Part shown: piece by piece, positions 1-10,600 of the stretch
Layout: every line of letters begins with the position of its first letter
How positions within the stretch are numbered: the first letter of the stretch is position 1
DNA from: Catajapyx aquilonaris
Taxonomy: Eukaryota
DNA: 41,021 nt
Direction of reading: 5' to 3'
NCBI GenBank assembly: GCA_000934665.2
Contig: KZ538908.1
Location: 1-41,021 of the forward strand
Notes under the pieces: generated by a model
Seen by the model: only the letters and a program-made list of their open reading frames with translations
The model's database searches: none
What the model was told of the DNA's origin: nothing
Translations under genes and position numbers: made by a program

Positions 1-46
1 TTTATCAATGGTGCCAATATAAACTCCACGGACGTTTATGAACAAA
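1..46 (+). CDS. Possible 3' end of an ankyrin-repeat exon truncated by the window edge (FINGANINSTDVYEQ)
   Basis: GANIN..D matches the ankyrin GADVNAKD turn and is followed by A|GTAAAA. Only 15 codons are visible. Confidence 0.3.
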
Positions 47-81
47 GTAAAATAATTCCGGTTTTTTAAACGAGGTCCTTA

Positions 82-316
82 CTGCTGCCGTCAGATATGA
101 GAAGACCGTAACTCAATGGCCACTTCCCCTTGCGCCGCTTGCGGCGAGAAAAAAAGCAGTGGTACCAAAAGCACCCAACAGGTGGAGTAGGGATGCCGTT
201 CCTTTTTCTCTCTTCCCCCAACGCCACCTCTTGGATGCTGTCGGTAACACTTGCTTTCTTTTCTCGCCGCAAGGGAAGTGGATAATGAGTTACGGTTCTC
301 TCACATCTGACTGCAG
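82..316. mobile_element. Imperfect palindromic MITE flanked by TA
   Basis: ~100-bp inverted arms (gtcagatatgagaagaccgtaactca / tgagttacggttctctcacatctgac); TA on both sides. Confidence 0.7.
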
Positions 317-479
317 TACTGGCATCCCCCAGTGGGAAGAGTTGCAGGATTAGCCGCGATATTCAACACTGAACCCGGGGATAGGCCGAGAACGTCAAAA
401 GAAAGTGTCGGGAAGAATTAAACCAGTTTTTGATCGTGTAATATTATTTTTTAATTGTAGTTATTTTTTATTTATTAAA

Positions 480-543
480 ATAATCGCGGCCACCCTCGAC
501 GCCCACGGAGACGGCTTCGCGACCCCCAGGTTGGGAAACACTG
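480..543. mobile_element. Right end of a hAT (Charlie/Buster-like) MITE
   Basis: caggttgggaaacactg TIR, same type as the intact copies at 15832 and 34339. Confidence 0.55.
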
Positions 544-954
544 ATCTAATACAAACACTGCCAAGTTCCATTGGCTGTTTATTAGTAAAGGGAAGTTATG
601 AGCAGTTAGAAAAACGTGGTCGGAAAGCGTGCATATGATTTAGATACATGTGCGAGTGCATGCGAATAGAGGCGGTAGAGGTTGTGAATTTTTGTTCATA
701 CATCAATATTTTTTTTAAATTGTTATTTTATTTTTTTTAAATTACAAAGGTATGGGTATGTTGAGGTGGGCAAATGCATATTTCCCAGCCAATGCAAAGG
801 TGGGATTGCAGATTGGTCACAGGGTATAGGGAATCACATATATGTGAATGCACGGAGGAACGGGTGAGGGTGGGGGGTGTGGATGTGATTGGCATCATCA
901 CTGGCAATATAAGTCCGAAGCGATTGAAAATATGGTGGGCACTGTAGGCCGCAG

Positions 955-1036
955 GCCTAGAAAAGAGCGAGCGAAGCGAGCGGTTTTCTAGGCCAGCGCC
1001 CTAGGAAAATACGAGCGGAGCGAGGGTTTTCCTAGT
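955..1036 (+). mobile_element. Helitron-like 3' terminus: two tandem hairpins ending in CTAG|T
   Basis: Stems ggcctagaaaa/ttttctaggcc and ctaggaaaa/ttttcctag with gagcgRagcgag loops; terminal CTAGT. Confidence 0.45.
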
Positions 1037-1074
1037 TTGATATTAACAGCTCAAATAGACATCCCTTTTTTTTT

Positions 1075-3576
1075 TTGCAACCACAACATGTAACATCAAA
1101 ATATGTACTAACTTACCCGGAACAGGGAATTGATTTTTTGAAGGAAGATTTAAACCAAGTGTTTGCAACAGATGACATGTTAAGTATAAATACATTGGAT
1201 ATGAAAACTTTCAATGAAAAGGCTCGAGCAATACTTACGGAATATGGAATACTGCATAAAAAAATAACCGGAAAAACAGAACACCTCAGGAAACATACGG
1301 CTACATGGTTTGACTCAGAGTTATTTTCAAAAAAAGAAGCAGTAATGGAACTTTTAAAGGACTGGAAAATAGACCCATCTGACCAAGCTAGAGAAAAATA
1401 TGTGGAAGAAAGGAGACTTTATAAAAAGCTGTTAGCTGCAAAAAAGAAAAAATACTTCTCAGAAACCCTGAGGCAACAATTACTAAGTACGGTAGAACCA
1501 AAGAGTTTCTGGAAAATAATAAAACAAGCAAAGAGGTATGCACCTCAAATAAACTTGGACAAGGAAATATGGTGGGAGTATAACAAAAAACTACAAGAGA
1601 GAAACGCATCAAATGCAATCCTCCAAATCGTAAATTTTGGTATGCTTGAAGATCCGATGTTAGATCACATTTTAACGTTTGAGGAATACGAAATAGCAAT
1701 TAAAAAATTAAGGCCTAAATCCTCTCCAGGGCCAGACATGGTGCCAAATACTTTATTACTTGTTAAATCAGAATGCCTTCATGAAAATCTATTCACTAAA
1801 TTGAAAAATTACTTAGAAAGTAGGCAAATACCGGATGGATGGATACAAGCCAAAATATGCCCGATCTACAAAACAGGAGACAAAGAGGACCCAGCAAATT
1901 ATAGGCCAATAACTCTATTTAACAATACCCTTAAAATTTTCACTTCCATTATAAACAATAGGATTAGGATATGGGCAGAAACGAACGGAATTTTTCCTGA
2001 ATGGCAAGCAGCATTTCGTAAAGGTAGAGGATGTGCAGACCATTTATTCACCCTGCACGTACTGACCCAAAAATATCTAAATAAACCTAAGGGCAAACTC
2101 TTTGCTGCATTCATAGATCTATCAAAGGCTTTCGACTCGATAGGACATAATATGTTATTACAAAAATTAAATTCTGTAGGTTTCAGTTTCAAAACCTTAT
2201 AATTAATTAGACAAATTTACCTTAAAATGGAAATTGTGGAAGATTTTGAAACAAAAGACCCAATCAGAATAACAAGGGGAGTTCCGCAAGGAGAACCACT
2301 TAGCCCTGCCCTATTTAATCTGTATATGGCAGATTTAGATACCTTTTTACAGCAAAAAAAATGCAAAGGAGTTAATTTTGGAAGCGGATTAAGAGATATT
2401 AGAATACTAGCGTATGCAGATGATCTCATTTTATTAGGAGATAACCCCCTCTATCTGCAGGAAAATATACATGCATTACGAGAGTATTTTGAAGCACAAG
2501 AACTCCAAATAAATCTTAAAAAAACAAAGATTATTTGCTTCAGAAAAGGAGGTAAACCACCAAATAAATCTTTTTATTGGCACTCCGAAAAAATAGAAGT
2601 GGTATCGTCATATACGTATTTGGGCATAACATTCAAGAGCTCCGGAAAATTTATTTTAGCTGCTGAACAACTGAAAAAGAAAGCACTCGCTGCGATAAAC
2701 GGACTTTGGCCTATATTAATCAATTAAAAATTACGCGACATACATATTGCTATGAAACTTTTCCATACCCATATCACACCGATAATAATGTATAATGCAC
2801 ATATTTGGGGTCCAAACCACTTAGACATGATAAACCAGGTACAAATCTTCTTTATAAAAAAATTCCTAGGGCTCCCACGAAATGCAGCAAATTATTTTGT
2901 CTACTTGGAAACAGGAATTTTGCCACTAACTGCTGCATTAATAAAATCAATAATTAGAAATATGGAAAAGCTAATAAACCTGGATGATCGGAGACTGGTG
3001 AAAGAAGCCTATAATTACTCTTTGAAGACTAATTCAGATAAGCCATTATTAAGAGAAAATTGGATATATACTTGCAAAAACCTAATTCAAAAAAACGGAG
3101 TGAACTGGTCGGATATCTTTTTGGACATGGCCATTATTGCTGAAAAGATAAACACGACTCAGAAGACAAATATTATGAACACACTTCAACAAACTAGTAG
3201 ATACAAATATTACAAAGAAATTAAAAATAGTTTTGAACAAGAAGGATGCCTAGCTTACGGATTACCAATAATACAGACTAGAATGATAAGTAATTTGAGA
3301 AACAAGTCAAAATATCTACGTCTAAAGAAAGACTCCATAAAGCTGTATGATGAGGTTTTCTGTGAATGGTGTAATATGCAAGAACCGTTAACAGCACATC
3401 ATATAATATACGAGTGCAGATATTTCAATACTCCGAGAAAAATTAATTTGTACAACCTCCCTTCTTACCCACCTACACTTTTTCATTTTCTTTTGGAAGG
3501 ACTAACAAAAAACCAAATTTTCTGTTTATATGCTTTTTTTCATAATGTAAATAAAAGAATCAACTTTTCGATGTAA
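1075..3576 (+). pseudogene. Reverse transcriptase ORF2 disabled by two in-frame TAA stops (2200-2202, 2725-2727)
   Basis: The three track ORFs share one frame. Motifs SPGPD, NYRPITL, FIDLSKAFDS, GVPQGEPLSP, YADD, YLGI and a C-terminal CxxC..H..C knuckle. The IMYNAHIWG / N..VYLETG..PL tail resembles the RTEX clade. Confidence 0.9.
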
Positions 3577-3740
3577 TCCAGGAACCTCTAAACATCAGAT
3601 AATTCGCCAAAATTGTAATTACAAAAGTAAACTGTAAAAAAATAAATAAAAATAAATGGGTGTGTATGTGTCCCCCAATACAGGCGTACGCCTGAGCACG
3701 GGGTATGAAAATAAAAATAAAATAAAAAATAAATAAATAA
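1075..3740 (+). mobile_element. 5'-truncated non-LTR retrotransposon (RTEX-like LINE)
   Basis: RT ORF2 remnant, short 3' UTR and an (AATAA/AATA)n tail at ~3708-3740. No endonuclease domain or ORF1 present. Confidence 0.9.
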
Positions 3741-3785
3741 TGGACTTTCCCAGCCATAGTAGGCACTTGACACTTGTGAAAATTG

Positions 3786-4144
3786 GGGGAGGTGTGGTGG
3801 CCGAGATGGTAACGTCTCGGCTTGCTGATGTTGAGTGAAAGACCCCAGGTTCGATCCCCGCCTGGGGAACTTTCCTTTCACCTGCGTCAGGAGGGTCTCT
3901 GACCTGCACCAAGGTGACTGGCAACCTAACCTCCTGGGGAACAGCACATGACCCATAGCTACGACATTGCACCGTACACCCATGTTCCCTCCCCAACAAT
4001 CCCTGTCCTTTCCCATTGTTCCTGTTTCCTTGCACCGGAGAATGAAGTGAAAATATACATGCAGAAAACTGATGGTGGTATGCCACCCCCCTATAGCTCT
4101 GGTGAGGGACATCACAGGGTAAAATAAATAAATTAAAAAAAAAA
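3786..4144 (+). mobile_element. Full-length tRNA-derived SINE (family A) with 16-bp TSD
   Basis: A box tggccgagatgg, B box ggttcgatccc, A-rich tail; TSD ACACTTGTGAAAATTG at 3770-3785 and 4145-4160. Confidence 0.92.
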
Positions 4145-4427
4145 ACACTTGTGAAAATTGAAACCTTGTTGAACATGACAAGGGAATTTTCATTTATTCT
4201 TACTATTCTATGGTAAATTTTTTTGGAACTATTTTCTTAAGTGAATTAAACACAAAGGACATGCATACACTACCTGAGACATGAAGACGGACCTAGGTGG
4301 GCCGCTCCTTTTCATTCTGCGGGCGTGGCCACTAGCGCAGCGCTCCACGTCAGTACCTATAGCTCCGTAACCATTTCGTATTCCAAAATTCCGTTTGTAT
4401 CACTGATAGAGGACAATGTGAGGTGTA

Positions 4428-5160
4428 CAGGGTGTCCCTAAATGATTGTCAACATTTGAAAGTTGTTTAATTTCTATTAGTTGCGGTGTGCAATGACAAG
4501 ACAGACATAGAACGAAAGAGGACATTTGGGAGTTTTTATTGCACACACTACAAGTGCTCAACGTGAGCACCTTTCGTCACACGACATGATAGTCCAATTC
4601 TCTACACAGGCCAGCATGTCTGGTGTGATTGATTCCACAGCAGCAACAATCCTGCATTTCAACTCACACAGGCTGGAAGGTAGCCGTGGTACGAAGACCT
4701 GGTCCTTTACATATACCCCCAGAGGAATAAGTCACATGGGGTGAGGTCGGGAGACCTTGACGGCCACTGGAGAAAAACCAGATCTTGCTGACAGTCATGT
4801 CCGATCCGCCGATCCTTGCCCTTGCAACGGCATCCCGTCGTCTGAAACTTCTGGAACCACCGTTGAATTATTGTAGGGAGGGGCGTAACGTCGTCCGTAC
4901 TGTCACCGGAAGGTCTGCTGAACAGTAACTACCGAACCAAGCTTTGCAAACTGCAGGACACTGAACGTTTTCTGTTCGGGAGACACCATTTTGTGGAATG
5001 GCCCTGTGTGCCTCGCGGCAAAGTGAGGAACCAACTTTTCTGTGTGAAATAAAAACTCCCAAATGTGGTCTTTCGTTCTATGTATGACTTGTCATTGCAC
5101 ACCGCATCTAATAGAAATTAAGCAACTTTCAAAAGTTGACAATCATTTAGGGACACCCTG
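4428..5160 (-). mobile_element. Internally deleted Tc1/mariner-superfamily element (DUF4817-type transposase remnant)
   Basis: TA TSD; ~115-bp TIRs starting CAGGGTGTCCCTAAATG. The minus strand retains the N-terminus MVSPEQKTFSVLQFAK..VVTVQQTFR and C-terminal WPSRSPDLTPCDLFLWG. Confidence 0.9.
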
Positions 5161-6243
5161 TATTTTGATATCAATGTGATGACATTTGACTTTGACTCTT
5201 TTTTGAAAATGTCCTTTGTTTGCAAAAAGGTCGCTTTTTGACATGAATTTGCACAGCTATCGGCAAGTGACTATTTTTGTCGGAAAGAGAAGACAATTTC
5301 ACACATAATTACATCATGCATTTATGTTGTCATGTAAACGTAATAGGGGGGCGCCTCTAACTGTGATCCAAGTGCAATTAGCACCTGTAGATAGGCAACC
5401 ACGCATCAGCGGACCAAATCCTTGTGGGAAAGGTTCGAACGTGACCTGGACCTAAACATATCTCACACTCATCGACGGGCAAATTTTTTCGTGCAAAAGG
5501 TGATCACGTTCACATGGAATTGCCCTACAACCTTTGTTTGACACATATCCGCCTAAGAAGCATAGTTCGCTCAGAAAAATACTTTTCACTCGCGTCAGGG
5601 TAGCCAAGCCGCCTCCAGTTGTAATATTCCTTTTATGAGAGAACTGAGACGCTGATCTGATCACATGCTTCATGCACTCACTGGACCAAATTTCTCTCTC
5701 TCAAAATTATGTTACTGCAATAAATAAGTTATAAGAATTTTTCTTAGCGTCTGCGTGCCAACCTTTTTCGTAGCAGTTGCCTTGTTGAATTCTTTTTTTC
5801 CCCCCATGGTGCAGGCTTTTCCCAACAGATGGCAAGTAACACTTATAAGTTGCTAGAGGTTGTATCCCAGAATATGCACCATCAATTTTCGCTCACTTTT
5901 TCTCTGGCAGCCCCATTAAAAATGTTTGAAAACAATGTATCTCCAGAGACACATTGCCATTTAAAGGGTTGAACTACTGTATATACTGTATGCTGCTTTA
6001 AAGAGGTTCAATCAAAATGATAAAACTTAACAATGATTGTTAGTTTGACTTCTCGAAAAAGTCGTATGTTTCTTTGCTTGCAAGACATATTGATATTCTT
6101 TCTGACTTTTATTTCTAACCCTTTGTTTTGGCAATGCTCGGATAATCCACACCGGCTAATTGGAAGAACAATGTAATCAAAACCGCGGCTGAAACATAGA
6201 CAACTGAACTGTTTAAAAATGAGAAAACACTCACAGGTACACA

Positions 6244-6446
6244 TGCGAGCATAAAGATGGAGACGGCAGGCCCTCACCTTCGGCAGGCTGCTCTGCCAAT
6301 CTCAGCAATTGCGGTATCAAATATAGTGTCATAAATACACGAACACACACATGAAGCAGCTAACTCGGTCCAAAAATAGTTCATTAATTTGAGTCTGATA
6401 AAGAAAGGTCAAAAAAGGGCCTGCCGTCTCCATCTTTATGCTCGCA
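6244..6446. repeat. Perfect 31-bp inverted repeat pair (6244-6274 / 6416-6446)
   Basis: tgcgagcataaagatggagacggcaggccct and its exact reverse complement. Confidence 0.8.
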
Positions 6447-6614
6447 GGGGTACATGGGTCTGGGAGTATAAGCTATATTTTCCGCTCACTTTTCTAGATG
6501 TACTCACCTTATTTTTCTGTCGTGATACGGTTAATTATCATCTCTGTATAGATATGTGTCCCTACAAACCATGGTGCTCCTAACAGATAGATATAACTCA
6601 GCAAGTGTTAACCG

Positions 6615-6628
6615 AATAAATATTTATT
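6615..6628. terminator. Palindromic AATAAA-TA-TTTATT: candidate poly(A) signal for the SRA gene (minus), possibly bidirectional
   Basis: AATAAA on both strands, ~850 nt downstream of the putative stop codon. Confidence 0.3.
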
Positions 6629-6743
6629 AACGACTGTACTTTACACTTTACAGTATTCAGAAGTGTGTCAGAGCTGTTTAAAATTGTTGTAACCCTCTAA
6701 AACAACATACTCATGGCAATGCCACAATTTTCTTCCTGATTAA

Positions 6744-7188
6744 AGCTGTGTTTACATGTGAGCAATTTGATCAGCTATATCATCGCTGAGTGAAGAAATT
6801 CTAATGACATCAGGATTTGGGCCGAAAGTCGCAATCGCGTTTAAGAAGGGAGGGCATCAGCAATGACATCGATGGGAATGTTGAATCGAACGTAAACAAT
6901 CCAGTGAAACAATCAAGTGTGTCCTATCATAGTATTGCCACCCGAAAACATCACAGTGTGCTGCTCCCTCATTGTTCTGTTTGGTTTGTTTATGACACCA
7001 TGGATACGGAACAATGTGCAGCCATGTCATTCCTCCAGTCTGTTGGAAACAGACCTGAGCCGTGTCATCGCCGATCCCTTCCCGTCTTCAACGTGATTGC
7101 TACTTTCGGGCCATATCACTGCTTTCATTATAATTTCTTCGCTCAGCGATGACATCACTTGTCAAATAGCTCACATGTAAACGCAGCT
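6744..7188. mobile_element. PIF/Harbinger-type MITE, TAA TSD
   Basis: TIR AGCTGYGTTTACATGTGAGC with long degenerate arms; related copy at 14453-14631. Confidence 0.85.
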
Positions 7189-7222
7189 TAAGTGTTACAT
7201 CTACAATTTTCATCTTGATTCA

Positions 7223-7379
7223 GGGCGGGTTCGACTGCCTCCTGAAAAATGTCGGCCCGTAAAAGAGCCAGATTAGTTCGTTATTCATTTTTAACAGCGT
7301 GGTTGACAACAATGAATAACAAACTAATCTGGCTCTTTTTCTGGCCGACAAATATTTCGGAAGTCGGTGCAACCCGGCC
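7223..7379. mobile_element. Palindromic Harbinger-type MITE
   Basis: Termini GGGCGGGTT / AACCCGGCC; internal arms aaaagagccagattagtt / aactaatctggctctttt; flanks TCA/TAA. Confidence 0.75.
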
Positions 7380-7477
7380 TAAGTGCTACATCTACAATAA
7401 TTTTTTTCCTGATTAATTGTTACAGCTGGCAACTTTATCATTTTCATCTTTTGTGTTCTTGACTTGTAACACAAGTT

Positions 7478-7693
7478 TTACGACCACCCAGTCCAGGGAG
7501 TGCCGTCGTCAACCTGAAGAGGCTGGTCAGTACCGGTTGTCGTTTTGGCAGTTGCCACTTTGATAAGGTTCTTTTCAGCAGCTTCACACAAGACTTCTTG
7601 CATCTCGACACAATCTTCGAAGTCCATATCATCCTTTGCTGACTCTCCCCAGGAGATGCCTCTTGTTTGATTAATGTCCTCTCCCAGCTCATC
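7478..7693 (-). CDS. SRA gene probable last exon: acidic tail DELGEDINQ...[10 protein letters not shown]
   Basis: Acceptor TTTTATTCTGTTAG; phase-0 open frame of 71 aa plus TAA in sequence I do not recognise as a repeat. There is no homology support, and extra exons in the 7-kb intron cannot be excluded. Confidence 0.6.
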   Translation of the reverse strand, partial: DELGEDINQTRGISWGESAKDDMDFEDCVEMQEVLCEAAEKNLIKVATAKTTTGTDQPLQVDDGTPWTGWS

Positions 7694-10600
7694 CTAACAG
7701 AATAAAATTAATAAACATGCACTGTAGTTGTCTTCAATTTTAAAAATCAGTAACACTAACTTCTGTCATTGCAACATATTTAACCACTACCTCACAATAA
7801 TTCTAAGACCGTTGACCTGGATTATACAAATTTGTTGTGCTCATTCTTTTGACCATTGCTAAGAGTGATTATGCATAGGTTTGTGTGCTTAAAAATAAGC
7901 AGCTTAAATCCAAAGTCACTAACCACTAAGAACATTTCAATTGGAACACCCTGTATGACTCTAAAACCATGCTTTAGTGCAACTAGAAAGAATGAACATC
8001 ATCACTTTGGATCCAGCTCCTATATTTCAGCCTTGAGGGGATGTAAGAGCTTGGTGGGGTGGCTAGTGCTGGTGGTGATAATGGTGGTCCTCACTTGCCT
8101 ACCTAGCATGCAGGGAGAAGCGAATGGGTCCAAATGTAATTTTGCACATTCTTTCCAGCTGCACTACGCCCCCCCCCCACCCACTTGCGCGCCTGCGGCG
8201 CAAATTGGTCCGCTCCCGCACAGGTCCTCCTCAGTCTCTGTAACTGTCCGAGGCCCAGTGCACCTGGCCACCCCACACTTATACTCCACTCTCCGATGCG
8301 AACAGAGCAAGTATTTTTACGCAAAAATTGGTCGGAGCGGGGTGGCATCCGTTTACAGAACCCGTGACATCATCGCTAAAGGTGTGGAGTATGAGAATGG
8401 GTCCTAGGTGACGTATCGTGAGAAAAGGCACTGAGGTGGGATTAGAGTAGATCCCGATTGTCACCAGGTGGGGGGAGGGAGCGCCAGAGAGGGGCTATTG
8501 TTCTCCGGCGGCTTAATGAGGAGCAGATGGACAAAGGTGGCACGTGCAAAAGTCGACTTTTTGCCAAGTCCAAAACGGCTGGGCATTTTGCGATTATGGG
8601 GATTTTTGGCATCGGTAAACCAGAGGCAAGAAATGCAACGGAATTTCGACCAGAGCTCTACGACCTCGGGAAGTGCGAAATCTTTTCTATCCTATATCCT
8701 ATATCTTTGTCGAAGAGGGGCTTTATCAGCCATCGGCTCTTTAGGGAGGAAGTTTGTTTTGCCTGGAACTCATTGCTTTCATTTTACTCTGCTCTTTGCG
8801 ATAGGATAGGGACGGAAGGAAGCGGCTGTGGCCTATTAATTACAGAAACAACTCTGGAATTTTCCTGGATGGACCGTGGGAAACCACAGAAAACCACGGT
8901 CAGAGTTGCCCGACCCGGGATTTGATCCCAGGACCTACCGATTAGCAGTCAGACACCATATCCCCTCCTCCAAACTGCTTCGGTTAGGCAGGTATGGTAT
9001 GGTATGGAGAGGCACTCTGCATCTCCTGATGCCCTCCACACCTTCTGGTTTTGCTCAGCTGCTCATGTACAGTCCCGCTCATAAAGAATGGTACGACTCT
9101 ATGGACGACGTGTTTCTTCTGACTATCCAGCATTATTCCCAACCTGATTTCGTCGTGACACTATGGACAACTTGTCCTAGATCTCTGGCGACCCATATGA
9201 CCCCCNNNNNNNNNNNNNNNNNNNCCCCCCCCCCCCCCGACTTTTTCTGAAATTTTTCATTACCAGAATGTTCAACCTGGTACAATGCTTACATAGATTT
9301 GAGATGAATTTTCCCCCTTAAATTTTCTCACTTTGCCTTGTTTTTTTCTTCTTTTTTTCTTGATTATAATTGCCTTTTCCCAGCCTTCCTCATGGCCCCT
9401 AAAAACACGCTGGTGACCCAGGGGTTGGGAACAGAATAAACATTTTGTTCATAGAGTCGTACCATTCTTTATGAGCGGTACTGTACACTGGGTAGATTCT
9501 GAATTACGGAATCAGTCCAACCCGTTGCTGACACTTTGAGAACAGTCCAATATTTCTGGGCACATGCTGTAATTCTTCACGGGAGATTTCACTACAGCAT
9601 GTGTCCAATTTCTGTAGACATTTCATGAAGTAACCAATTTCACTAAGGGGCTACGACATATATACCGGTCTGGAAACAAGCCCTCTTATCACATAGATCT
9701 TCAGAGTCCCACCCGGCCGCAGATCCCCTAAGTGAATGGAGCAACACCCCTACACTGCGGCGAATTTTTTTTACGATTATTCAGAACGGATGATGAGAAA
9801 ATGGATGCCTACAGGTCTCAGTGAAAAGGAATGAATGGACCATGGCTGTAGAAGACTCAGGTTAGGTCACTCCCCACCCACCCCCTGCCGAGGGATTACG
9901 CACCGGGTGCTCACTTGAGAGCGCCATGAGACATTTCCCAGAGCATTTATGTGGCGAACCTACCGGACTAAGGCTGAACTTTATAGGTACGAAGGGGAGG
10001 GCTACATGCTGGCCCAACAAGGCCGCAGGCGGCCATGTTGGGCCCCCCAATGTAGCCCTCCCCTTCGTACCTATAAAGTTCAGCCTTAGTCCGGTAGGGT
10101 CGCCACATAAATGCTCTGGGAAATGTCTCATGGCGCTCTCAAGTGAGCACCCGGTGCGTAATCCCTCGGCAGGTGATAAGCCCAGAAGATAGGGGTAGTG
10201 TCCGTGGGCTGGAATGGACCACGCCTACCAGATTTGAATTGGCGGTTTGGGAGTCTTGGTCCACCATGTTCCGCCACCAGATTCGATGTGTGCAGATTAG
10301 GAGTAAAAGTAACTAAAGGAAAGGGCCAAGCGCCGCAACTCAAGCCTAGTGGCACGCCACCTAACTACTGATATGCCGCTCTAAGGTCACGGGGGTTTGA
10401 GGGGGAAACCTATATGGAAAAAAAACCGGAGTTGCAGTGGGGTGGTGTCCTCCAGCTAATAAGGAGCCAGTAGCCGACAACTGCAGAAAGTGCATGGACC
10501 CGCCCTAATAAGTGACAGGGGAGAGGCAGTAGAGGCTGCCATGGTCCGCCAAGGTTGCTAGAGACATGTGCCAACATGCCCCAAGCAAAATGTGCCATCA

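Noticed and set aside
6715..7450. CRISPR-like repeat/spacer appearance
   Set aside because: Eukaryotic DNA, no cas genes, degenerate repeats, and the spacers are TSD-bounded MITEs.
7444..7692. Track [13 protein letters not shown]...
   Set aside because: Alternative frame of the putative last SRA exon; splice phase supports the DELGED frame.
9200..9240. Poly-C/G tracts around N runs (also 16466-16504, 22491-22537, 35541-35561)
   Set aside because: Assembly gaps, mostly at homopolymers; true length and structure unknown.
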